This document shows, piece after piece, positions 53,656 through 61,631 of a stretch of DNA of 64,000 nt. The DNA is from Minisyncoccota bacterium (GTDB lineage: Bacteria > Patescibacteriota > Minisyncoccia > Phycocordibacterales > UBA9973). The notes beneath the pieces are model-generated. The model saw only the letters and a program-made list of their open reading frames with translations, ran no database searches and was not told the origin of the DNA. Position numbers and translations under genes: made by a program. Position 1 is the first letter of the stretch. Every line of letters begins with the position of its first letter. The DNA lies in assembly GCA_041665925.1 (NCBI GenBank), contig JBAYHW010000001.1, forward strand, positions 102,685 through 166,684. Direction: 5' to 3'.

Positions 53656-54528
53656 ATGGATCCAGAAAATAAGCAACAGAATAAAGTCATAGAAACGTAT
53701 GCCGAAGACATGGCTACTGTTATTGGAAATGATACTGAAGGTTTAATTAAAAAAATCATCCACGGCGAAGAACAGAACGAAATAGAAAAAAGGAAACTCT
53801 CCCCAGAATCAAAACAGAACCAAGTTTTTATGTATATTGGAGTTGTGCTTTTGGTTTTAGCATTTGGAGTGCTAACCTTTTTCTTTTTGCAAGACAAGAA
53901 AAATACTGTACCAGTGGAAAAACAATTCACTCCGCTTGTTTTTAATGACAAAAGTGTTTTCTTGGAAGTTGCTGGATTGAAGGCGGAGGCAATAAGGCAG
54001 ATGGTTTTAAGTGAAATCAATACTTCTTCGGTTAAAGACGAAGGTGTGGAGGGTATTTATCTGACAGAAAATAAAAAAGTAATAGGATTGAGGAGGTTCC
54101 TCTCTTTAATTAAAAGTAATCTCGCTCCGAATGAAAACGTACTTCTTGTAAGTGATAATTTCCTCTTGGGGATGGTAGGAAGTACAGCAGACGTAGAGGA
54201 GCCTTCAGGGAGTGGGTTTTTTATTTTACTTAAAGCTCGCTCTACTTTTGATATTTTTGACTCTATGCGTGCCTGGGAGGATAAAATGTTCTCTGACTTG
54301 CGGGGATTTCTAGGAATTAGTATTGATAGTAATACCAGCTATCTTCTGACTAAAGATTTTGAAGATGGAATTGTGGAAAACAAAAATGCACGTATTCTTT
54401 ACGACAAGGAAGGGAAAATTGTTTTAATGTATATATTTGCAGATGAAAATTCTGTGGTCATCACTGACTCCGAAGGAGCTATTCATGAAGTAGTTCTCCG
54501 CCTCGCATCTAAAGCAACTAAAGAGTAA
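53656..54528 (+). CDS. Hypothetical membrane-anchored protein
   Basis: A 290-aa protein with a single TM helix (VFMYIGVVLLVLAFGVLTFFFL), separated from pnp by 4 nt. Confidence 0.4.
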   Translation: MDPENKQQNKVIETYAEDMATVIGNDTEGLIKKIIHGEEQNEIEKRKLSPESKQNQVFMYIGVVLLVLAFGVLTFFFLQDKKNTVPVEKQFTPLVFNDKSVFLEVAGLKAEAIRQMVLSEINTSSVKDEGVEGIYLTENKKVIGLRRFLSLIKSNLAPNENVLLVSDNFLLGMVGSTADVEEPSGSGFFILLKARSTFDIFDSMRAWEDKMFSDLRGFLGISIDSNTSYLLTKDFEDGIVENKNARILYDKEGKIVLMYIFADENSVVITDSEGAIHEVVLRLASKATKE

Positions 54529-54533
54529 TTTTA

Positions 54534-54635
54534 AGCTAACGTGTGTTTTAAAAGAGCACGGATATTTTTTTACTAAAAAATTCCTCGTGCTCACGCCGTC
54601 GCGCTCGCAAGTCTCTTTTAAAACACACGTTAGCT
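54534..54635. repeat. 23-bp perfect inverted repeat (AGCTAACGTGTGTTTTAAAAGAG / CTCTTTTAAAACACACGTTAGCT) enclosing a 56-nt core shared with other intergenic repeats. Probable bidirectional terminator.
   Basis: Read directly. It lies in a convergent intergenic region. Confidence 0.6.
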
Positions 54636-54745
54636 TTCTAAGTAAATAGTTTAATTTTTAGGGGTTTTGAGCTCGACGGAGCGAAAACTTCAGAATTTTT
54701 TAAGCTTCAAAAAATTCGTACTGGCAAAATATAAAGCTATTTACT

Positions 54746-56374
54746 TTATATAACAGGCAATTCTACGTAGAGTTGGGAACCCTTGCCGGCGCCTTCGGAT
54801 TCGGCCCAGACGCGGCCTTTGTGTTCTTGGACCACCATTTTGACAGTGAAGAGCCCGTAGCCAGTACTGTCCACATTTACTTTTACAGAGTCCTTGCCTC
54901 GGCCACCTTCAGTAAATAAATTCTTTTTATCTTCTTCGGTAATTCCGAGGCCCGTGTCTACGATAGACAGAAGAGCATTTTTCCCCTTTACCCCTAACCC
55001 TACTTTTATAACTCCTTCTTTTGTATATTTGATAGAATTTTCAATTAAGTTGTTTACCACTTCTTTGAGCCAGAAGGAGTCTCCGTTTACTTGATAAGAA
55101 CCGTCTTTTATATCCGTTTCTATTTTTAATCCTTTAGCTTCAGCCCCTACTTTTTTGTCTTCTACTGTTTTAAGGACGACATCTTTGAAATCAATATTTT
55201 TCATGTCATATTTTATCAAGCCATTCTGTAAATTAGCCACATTTAATACTAGGTCTACTGTCTGTATCCCGCCGTTATCAAATTCAAGCCCCTGGGTAGC
55301 TATTTTTTTAACTTCAGGAGAAACTTCTCCAAATGTTCCGTCCAAAAGTCCGGCGAAAATAAACTTGGTACGAGTAAACGAACCCTTAACTTTGTGGGTA
55401 ATAAGGTGAACCAAACTTTCACGTTGCTTGATGACATTTTGCAAATCAATATTAAGCTTCGCCAGTTGTTCCTTCTGCTCTATTTCAATTTTTACACTCT
55501 TAACTAAGAAATAGCCAAAAATTATTACAGAAATAAATGTAACCCCATTCAAAACTCGATTAATTGGATTTCTTATAAAGAAAAACTGAGAACCAATAAG
55601 GAGTACCATTCCCCAAACTAATGCTTGTGCTGCGATAAGCTTCACATTAAAAGTATGAAATTTGACGATAAGATAAGATAAAAATCCCATAAAAATTGGC
55701 ATACCGAATAAGCCATATTGAGCGGTAACCCAATCCTCAGTAAAACTTCCCACTATGTTTCCAAAACTAAATGCTAATAAGAATAAAGCAATCCCCACAA
55801 GAAATATTATTATTTCTTTACGTCTGGTGATGTTATGTTTATAACCAAAAACAATAACCAAAATACTCAGTACGGTAAATAAAATTTCTAGAATATAACT
55901 ATAATATACAATTATATCACTTTCTATAGCATAGCAGTCACTTAAGTCTACCCCCAGTAGATTATATTTTGTTGAAATCAAGAGTATAAATGGGACTGTT
56001 GCTAAAAAAATTATTAAATTTACTTTAAAAGAAGGGAATTTATTATTTATATATGTGTATACAAGATAAAAGCTCAATAGGAATACAAAGAACTCAAATA
56101 GTATCTGTAAAGACCAAAAAAACATTGTAATATCAGTGCGATTGGTGGCCCAGAGGATTAAGTCGAAAAAAGCCCAAACGCCAAAAGCGACAGCAACGCT
56201 CAATAACAATTTACCAGTCAAAGATTTTTTATTATTCCAAAAAACCAGAAAACCTAGCACCAACGATGCAACAATGGCTGGGACGTGTGAATAATACAAC
56301 AAACTAGGAACATTGCTAGAATATACTAAAAAACTAGCTGATTCCCACGGACAAACAAGGTTATATATATCCAT
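54746..56374 (-). CDS. Sensor histidine kinase (multi-TM N-terminus, HisKA plus HATPase_c)
   Basis: About nine TM helices, then the H-box LITHKVKGSF, the N-box NLIENSIKYT, and the G-boxes DTGLGI and GYGLF. No response regulator is adjacent. Confidence 0.8.
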   Translation of the reverse strand: MDIYNLVCPWESASFLVYSSNVPSLLYYSHVPAIVASLVLGFLVFWNNKKSLTGKLLLSVAVAFGVWAFFDLILWATNRTDITMFFWSLQILFEFFVFLLSFYLVYTYINNKFPSFKVNLIIFLATVPFILLISTKYNLLGVDLSDCYAIESDIIVYYSYILEILFTVLSILVIVFGYKHNITRRKEIIIFLVGIALFLLAFSFGNIVGSFTEDWVTAQYGLFGMPIFMGFLSYLIVKFHTFNVKLIAAQALVWGMVLLIGSQFFFIRNPINRVLNGVTFISVIIFGYFLVKSVKIEIEQKEQLAKLNIDLQNVIKQRESLVHLITHKVKGSFTRTKFIFAGLLDGTFGEVSPEVKKIATQGLEFDNGGIQTVDLVLNVANLQNGLIKYDMKNIDFKDVVLKTVEDKKVGAEAKGLKIETDIKDGSYQVNGDSFWLKEVVNNLIENSIKYTKEGVIKVGLGVKGKNALLSIVDTGLGITEEDKKNLFTEGGRGKDSVKVNVDSTGYGLFTVKMVVQEHKGRVWAESEGAGKGSQLYVELPVI

Positions 56375-56375
56375 T

Positions 56376-57215
56376 TTAAATTAAATCAACAAAAAAATTA
56401 TTGTATCCATGACCATACACATAATTTATCTTAACTTTTAATAAATCTCCCTTTTTTACTCGCAAATCTTTTTTAAAAGGAATAATCACTGGCGAATTTA
56501 AAGTTTCGGTGTCTTTCATCACAACACTATCAGTAATATAACATAAACTAGATAAATAAACACTATTTAAAATGCCCGAATTGGTAACTTTTATTGTAAA
56601 AATTCCTGTAAATTTTTCATTATTTATTTTTGAAAAATCTACACTACTAATTAAGATTTTGTCTGAAAGTAATTTCAGTTTTTGGTCTTGAGATAAATTA
56701 TTCCATAGGTGTTTAACCATTCTTATGTTGAAACCATAAAGAGTAAAAGCTTTTTCGGCCAAAGATATATACGTTTCTTGTAATTTTGGTATAAAAATAG
56801 TTTTTTTGTCTACTATTTTTTGTTTATGTAAATTATTTATAGCTTGTACTTGGAACTCGTCCACCATTCCTGTAGTGAGCATTTCCATAGTTACTACATC
56901 AACGTGTAGATCTTTTGGATATTTAAAACTCCTAGCATCTCCTCGCAATAATGTTATTTTCGAATCGAGATTATTGTTTTTGAAGTTTTCAAGGGCAATT
57001 TTTGCGACGTAGGGGTCATACTCTAAGGCAAAAACCTTTTTTGCTCCAGCGCGAGCATCAAAAAGAGCAAGAATTCCCGAACCAGTTCCCACATCTAAGA
57101 CCGTATGATTTGGTTTTACAACACTCTTTATACCTTTTTCAAAAGCTAAACATCGCGCCTTGTCAATCAAGCATTGTCCGACTAAATCTATTGAACTAAA
57201 AGCCTTGTCTTCCAT
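56376..57215 (-). CDS. Class I SAM-dependent methyltransferase, PRMT/PrmA-like
   Basis: Motif I is VLDVGTGSGILALFDARAGA. VDVVTMEMLTTGMVDE resembles the PRMT double-E loop. Confidence 0.5.
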   Translation of the reverse strand: MEDKAFSSIDLVGQCLIDKARCLAFEKGIKSVVKPNHTVLDVGTGSGILALFDARAGAKKVFALEYDPYVAKIALENFKNNNLDSKITLLRGDARSFKYPKDLHVDVVTMEMLTTGMVDEFQVQAINNLHKQKIVDKKTIFIPKLQETYISLAEKAFTLYGFNIRMVKHLWNNLSQDQKLKLLSDKILISSVDFSKINNEKFTGIFTIKVTNSGILNSVYLSSLCYITDSVVMKDTETLNSPVIIPFKKDLRVKKGDLLKVKINYVYGHGYNNFFVDLI

Positions 57216-57218
57216 AAA

Positions 57219-57758
57219 TTAAATTACATTAATATAATTAATAATAGCCTGGTATGAATATTTTACAATCTCTATTCCTCCCGCAATCAAAAAAACCCAA
57301 TAAAGATTGGTCAATAAAGAACTACTTAGAAATACCAACCAATCCCGTTTTGTTAACCCGTCGTACTTAAAAGAACCCTTCCTCATATATGCAGTAACTA
57401 TAAATGCATTTGAGGTGAGAGATAAAACCACTATAGTTACAAAGGTACTTTTATTTTGTACAAAATTAAACAATTTTCCTATAAAATTTTTCCGATACTG
57501 TAAATCTTTTAAAGTTTCTAAGGCAAGCCAGTCTTTTTTAAACCAATCGTAGAATTTTAAAGTCCAAAAATCTATTAACATAGATAAAATCATCACTACA
57601 ACTATTCCCTCAACAAAACCAAGGTAAATCAGCAGAAAAGATACAACAACATAGTCATATAAATAAGTAATAACGTAATAAGAACCTATGCCGGTAATCC
57701 AGAGTTTCAAACGTTCAAACCAGGTTTTTTCTGTGGCAATAGGTTCTCGGCTTTCCAT
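57219..57758 (-). CDS. Hypothetical polytopic membrane protein
   Basis: A 179-aa protein with four or five TM helices. Confidence 0.4.
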   Translation of the reverse strand: MESREPIATEKTWFERLKLWITGIGSYYVITYLYDYVVVSFLLIYLGFVEGIVVVMILSMLIDFWTLKFYDWFKKDWLALETLKDLQYRKNFIGKLFNFVQNKSTFVTIVVLSLTSNAFIVTAYMRKGSFKYDGLTKRDWLVFLSSSLLTNLYWVFLIAGGIEIVKYSYQAIINYINVI

Positions 57759-57760
57759 GT

Positions 57761-57910
57761 TTACAGTAATTCCCCAGATTCTTCTGTTTCTTCTGGGATT
57801 GGTATAACTTCGTAATTCTTATCAACAAAAGATCTTATATAGGTTAAATATATTGAAACAACAGTCAAAAATACAACGATTGCCAAAAGAATTTTCGAAT
57901 TCTTGTCCAT
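57761..57910 (-). CDS. Possible small membrane protein (49 aa, MDKNSKILLAIVVFLTVVSIYLTYIRSFVDKNYEVIPIPEETEESGELL)
   Basis: An ATG ORF with a single TM helix. Its stop codon lies 2 nt before the next ATG. Confidence 0.35.
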   Translation of the reverse strand: MDKNSKILLAIVVFLTVVSIYLTYIRSFVDKNYEVIPIPEETEESGELL

Positions 57911-57957
57911 GCAAGTATTATACCCCAAAATCCTTATATTGCTAATCGGGCTCGGGG

Positions 57958-59022
57958 TTACTTTAATTTTTCAATTTGTTCCCAGGACATGTTTTTTCTA
58001 CCGAAATGTCCATAGGTAGCTGTCTTGCGGAAGATAGGCTGGCGAAGACCTAGACTTTTTATTATTGAAAGTGGCTTAAAATCAAAATTCTTCCTTACTA
58101 TTTCTGATAAATCTTCTCCTTTTTCGTTCACGGCTTCTATCATAAGCGGTTCAGCCATACCTATGGCGTAGGCGACAGACACTAGAGCTTCCTTGCCATA
58201 ACCATTTGCAACCAGATTCTTAGCAACGAAGCGGGCCATATATGCTCCCGAGCGATCTACCTTTGTAGAATCCTTCCCAGAGAAACATCCTCCACCATGG
58301 GAAATGAGTCCTCCGTATGAATCTACCATTATTTTGCGTCCAGTAAGGCCAGTGTCGGCTTCGAAACCGCCCTGAATGAATTGCCCCGTTGGGTTAATCA
58401 ATATGTTGGTGGTCTTTTTTTCTTCTTCGGATAAAAATGGAAAAATTATTTTTTCAGTAATTTCTTTTCTTATTTCCTCAATCGAAACATCTGGAGCATG
58501 CTGCGCACTCACCAAAACAGTTTTTAATTTACCATTATCGTAGGTCACCTGAGTTTTACCATCTGGTTTGAGCCATTTTATTTCTTTCCCCTTGCGAGCC
58601 CTCTCTAGTCTTTTTGCAAGTCTGTGTACTAGTACTATTCCTTTTGGTAAAAATTTCTCAGTTTCATTTGTGGCGAAGCCATACATAATACCCTGATCTC
58701 CAGCGCCTCCAGTGTCTACACCCATAGCTATGTCTGGGGATTGAGTCACAACATGAGCAGATATTTGTAGTTCATCATCGTAGCCTATTTCTTTATAAAC
58801 CGTGCGAGCAATTTTAACATAGTCTACTGTTCCCTTAGATGTTACTTCTCCACCAATTACCAGCTTGCCATGTCCGCCGAAAGTTTCTACAGCAACTCGG
58901 CTCATAGGGTCTTGCTCTAAATATGCATCTAAAATGGCATCTGAGATTTGATCACAGATTTTATCTGGATGACCGGACGTAACGCTCTCCACTGTATACG
59001 TATCATTGTGTTTATAGAACAT
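57958..59022 (-). CDS. metK: S-adenosylmethionine synthetase
   Basis: ESVTSGHPDKICDQISDAILD, GGGAFSGKD and the rest of the MetK signature are present. The ATG at 59022 is preferred because the ORF-track TTG extension overlaps the riboswitch terminator. Confidence 0.9.
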   Translation of the reverse strand: MFYKHNDTYTVESVTSGHPDKICDQISDAILDAYLEQDPMSRVAVETFGGHGKLVIGGEVTSKGTVDYVKIARTVYKEIGYDDELQISAHVVTQSPDIAMGVDTGGAGDQGIMYGFATNETEKFLPKGIVLVHRLAKRLERARKGKEIKWLKPDGKTQVTYDNGKLKTVLVSAQHAPDVSIEEIRKEITEKIIFPFLSEEEKKTTNILINPTGQFIQGGFEADTGLTGRKIMVDSYGGLISHGGGCFSGKDSTKVDRSGAYMARFVAKNLVANGYGKEALVSVAYAIGMAEPLMIEAVNEKGEDLSEIVRKNFDFKPLSIIKSLGLRQPIFRKTATYGHFGRKNMSWEQIEKLK

Positions 59023-59035
59023 GTGTTTTTTAAAA

Positions 59036-59200
59036 TAAAAAATCCTCAAGTAATGAGGAAAGATTTTTATGTGGACTAGACATACTTATCTTTCCCGATA
59101 TTGTTTTCACAACATCTGGTTGGATTTAGCACCTTTCTTTTAGGTTGCTGGGCGGGTCATTGAGCCAATTCTCTCGTCGCCACTCTCGATATATTTAGTT
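59036..59200 (-). ncRNA. SAM-I (S-box) riboswitch with a terminator expression platform, in the metK leader
   Basis: The minus-strand RNA reads AUAUCGAGAGUGGCGACGAGAGAAUUGGCUCAAUGACCCGCCCAGCAACC...AGGUGCUAAAUCCAACCAG...AUCGGGAAAGAUAAG. The S-box hallmarks UC.AGAG.GG, AUGA, GCAACC, GGUGCUAAAUCC and GAUAAG are all present. A terminator hairpin UCCUCA-UUACU-UGAGGA with a U-run follows, and its 5' arm is complementary to GGAAAG, which would form an antiterminator. Confidence 0.7.
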
Positions 59201-59248
59201 ATATATAGACATTAACAAACTTATTTTATAAATGCAAATAGGCGAATA

Positions 59249-59767
59249 TTAAAGACGAAGCAGACTTTTAACTTTTTCCAATCTTTCTTCTGGGGAGCCT
59301 ATAATTTGAACATGTGGAATTTTATGCTTTTCTAGAATATCTCTAATTTTCTTGTCTATATCTTGCTGGAACTTTTCGTCAGTCATCCGGAGACCATCGT
59401 CTTCAATGGGAAATTGTCCGCTCGGCAAATATACCACTAAATTATAATCATTAAATCTCGGCACTAGCGTCTTTGTAGCATATTCAATCAAGGATTCCTC
59501 TTCAGAAAATAAATGATGTATATAGGCGAGCAAATCTATCGCACAGCGGTCCGCCACCCACTTGTTGTCTCTTGTTTCTAGCTCAATTTGCTTGGCAATG
59601 AGCCAAAGCTCTGTCTCTGTCGTTGCTGTCTCGTCAAGAGCATACCCAGCCTCTTTTGCTAGTCGTGCGGCTTCTGGCAAGATTTTAAAATCAGGGTAAT
59701 GTTTATTTATTTGTGTGGCTAAAGTTGTTTTTCCAACTCCTTGAGCTCCAACAATTGCAATTTTCAT
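59249..59767 (-). CDS. P-loop NTPase (predicted small kinase, NadR/RNK-like AAA domain)
   Basis: Walker A is IVGAQGVGKTTLA over 172 aa. Confidence 0.4.
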   Translation of the reverse strand: MKIAIVGAQGVGKTTLATQINKHYPDFKILPEAARLAKEAGYALDETATTETELWLIAKQIELETRDNKWVADRCAIDLLAYIHHLFSEEESLIEYATKTLVPRFNDYNLVVYLPSGQFPIEDDGLRMTDEKFQQDIDKKIRDILEKHKIPHVQIIGSPEERLEKVKSLLRL

Positions 59768-59848
59768 ATATTATTTAGGTCACAAATATTTTTTTACTAA
59801 AAAATTTCGCTACCCCGCCTCGCGCCGTCGCGCTCCGGCCGACAAATG

Positions 59849-61111
59849 CTACGCATTTGTCCCTTCACGCCAACCACTCATATATTTTTTCTGACGCTCA
59901 GATAAAACATCTATTTTTGTGCCAAGGCTGTGTAATTTTAAAGCAGCAATCTTTTTATCAAGAATTTCTGGTAGAACATGAACTGAATGTGAGAGATGAT
60001 TTCTATTTTTTAAAATATATTCTGCAGCTAGAGCTTGATTGGCAAAGCTCATATCCATCACAGAAGCTGGGTGCCCTTCTGCACTGCCCAAGTTTACTAG
60101 TCTGCCTCCAGCGAGGACATATACCGTCTTTCCATTTTTTAATTCATAACTTTCCACGAAATCCCGTAGCGTTTTTTTAGTTTTAGTAATTTTCTTTAAA
60201 GCAACAAGATCAATCTCTACATCAAAGTGCCCGGAGTTTGCTATGACGCAGCCGTCTTTAATATTTTTAAATGTTTCTATGCCTACTACATTTATGTTTC
60301 CAGTGACGGTGCAGATAAAATCCGCAATCTTTCCTGCTTGGGTCATAGGCATTACTCGAAATCCGTCCATCAATGCTTCTATGGCTTTAACCGAATCAAT
60401 TTCGGTAACTATAACATTGGCTCCCATTCCACGAGCACGCATCGCGAGTCCCTTTCCGCACCATCCATAACCCGCTACTACAAACACGGAGCCAGCAAGT
60501 AATTTATTGGTGGCGCGAACTATGCCATCAATTGTAGATTGTCCTGTACCATAACGATTGTCAAAAAAGTGTTTCGTCATTGAATCATTCACGGCGATAA
60601 CAGGAAAGAGTAAGGCCCCCTCTTTCTCCATAGACTTTAAACGAGAGACACCAGTCGTTGTCTCTTCTGTGCTTCCAAATATTTTTCTGGCCTGACTTTT
60701 TCTAGACGAAAGCAATTCTCCTACTAAATCTGCTCCGTCATCCATGGTTATATCGGGTTTCATGTCGAGCACACTGCGTAAATGTTTAAAATATACTTTT
60801 TTGTTTTCTCCTTTTCTGGCAAAAACAGGGATATTGAAATTTTTTACCAAAGCGGCGGCAACGTCGTCTTGGGTGGAGAGGGGGTTTGAAGCACAAAGTG
60901 ATACTTTAGCACCACCTTCTTTTAGAGCGATCATAAGGTTGGCTGTTTCAGCGGTTACATGTAGGCAGGCCCCAATAACGATGTTTTTAAAGGGTTTTTT
61001 CTTCTTAAAATCAGCAGTTATTCCTGAAAGCACTGGCATATCCTGCTTGGCCCAGTCAATTCTAATCATTCCCCGTTTCGCTAAACCGATGTCTTTAATA
61101 TCGTATTTCAT
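59849..61111 (-). CDS. ahcY: Adenosylhomocysteinase
   Basis: The NAD-binding motif VVAGYGWCGKG and the SAHH signature regions are present over 420 aa. Confidence 0.9.
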   Translation of the reverse strand: MKYDIKDIGLAKRGMIRIDWAKQDMPVLSGITADFKKKKPFKNIVIGACLHVTAETANLMIALKEGGAKVSLCASNPLSTQDDVAAALVKNFNIPVFARKGENKKVYFKHLRSVLDMKPDITMDDGADLVGELLSSRKSQARKIFGSTEETTTGVSRLKSMEKEGALLFPVIAVNDSMTKHFFDNRYGTGQSTIDGIVRATNKLLAGSVFVVAGYGWCGKGLAMRARGMGANVIVTEIDSVKAIEALMDGFRVMPMTQAGKIADFICTVTGNINVVGIETFKNIKDGCVIANSGHFDVEIDLVALKKITKTKKTLRDFVESYELKNGKTVYVLAGGRLVNLGSAEGHPASVMDMSFANQALAAEYILKNRNHLSHSVHVLPEILDKKIAALKLHSLGTKIDVLSERQKKYMSGWREGTNA

Positions 61112-61252
61112 AAGAATATATTACCATAAAAAACGGAGAAAAAACTTGCCCGGTTAGTAGAACTTGGCAATGCGCAAGGCACGTCTTTAAAAGACTTTGC
61201 CAAGTTTCACTACCAGGCTTGCTATGCAAAATTAAAATGTTATCATTGTGGG

Positions 61253-61612
61253 ATGTTAGATAAGAAAAAAATTAAAGAAAAATTAGAGAAAGAGCGAGAT
61301 ACCTTACTTGAACAAATGAAAGATATGGGTAAGTTGAACGCGGAGACGGGGGAATGGGAGACAACTCCCGAAGAGTTAGATTTTCCAGAGACAGATCAGA
61401 ATGACATGGCAGATAGGTTTGAAGATTTCGAGGCGCGTAGCTCTATGATGAGAACACTAGAGCCCAGACTTACGAATATTTTGAAAGCTATCAAGTCAAT
61501 CAACAACGACTCTTTCGGCAAATGCAAAATTTGTAAAAAAGATATTGAGATGGCGCGCCTTGAAGCGAATCCTGCGGCTAGAACTTGTAAAAAACATTTG
61601 GAAAGTAATTAA
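61253..61612 (+). CDS. DksA/TraR-family C4 zinc-finger protein
   Basis: An N-terminal coiled coil and the C-terminal CKICKKDI...CKKH zinc finger are present. Confidence 0.7.
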   Translation: MLDKKKIKEKLEKERDTLLEQMKDMGKLNAETGEWETTPEELDFPETDQNDMADRFEDFEARSSMMRTLEPRLTNILKAIKSINNDSFGKCKICKKDIEMARLEANPAARTCKKHLESN

Positions 61613-61631
61613 ATAGTTTATAATACTAAAC

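Noticed and set aside
59023-59049. N-terminal extension of metK in the ORF track (TTG start at 59049)
   Set aside because: It overlaps the SAM-riboswitch terminator hairpin and U-run. The MetK N-terminus aligns from the ATG at 59022.
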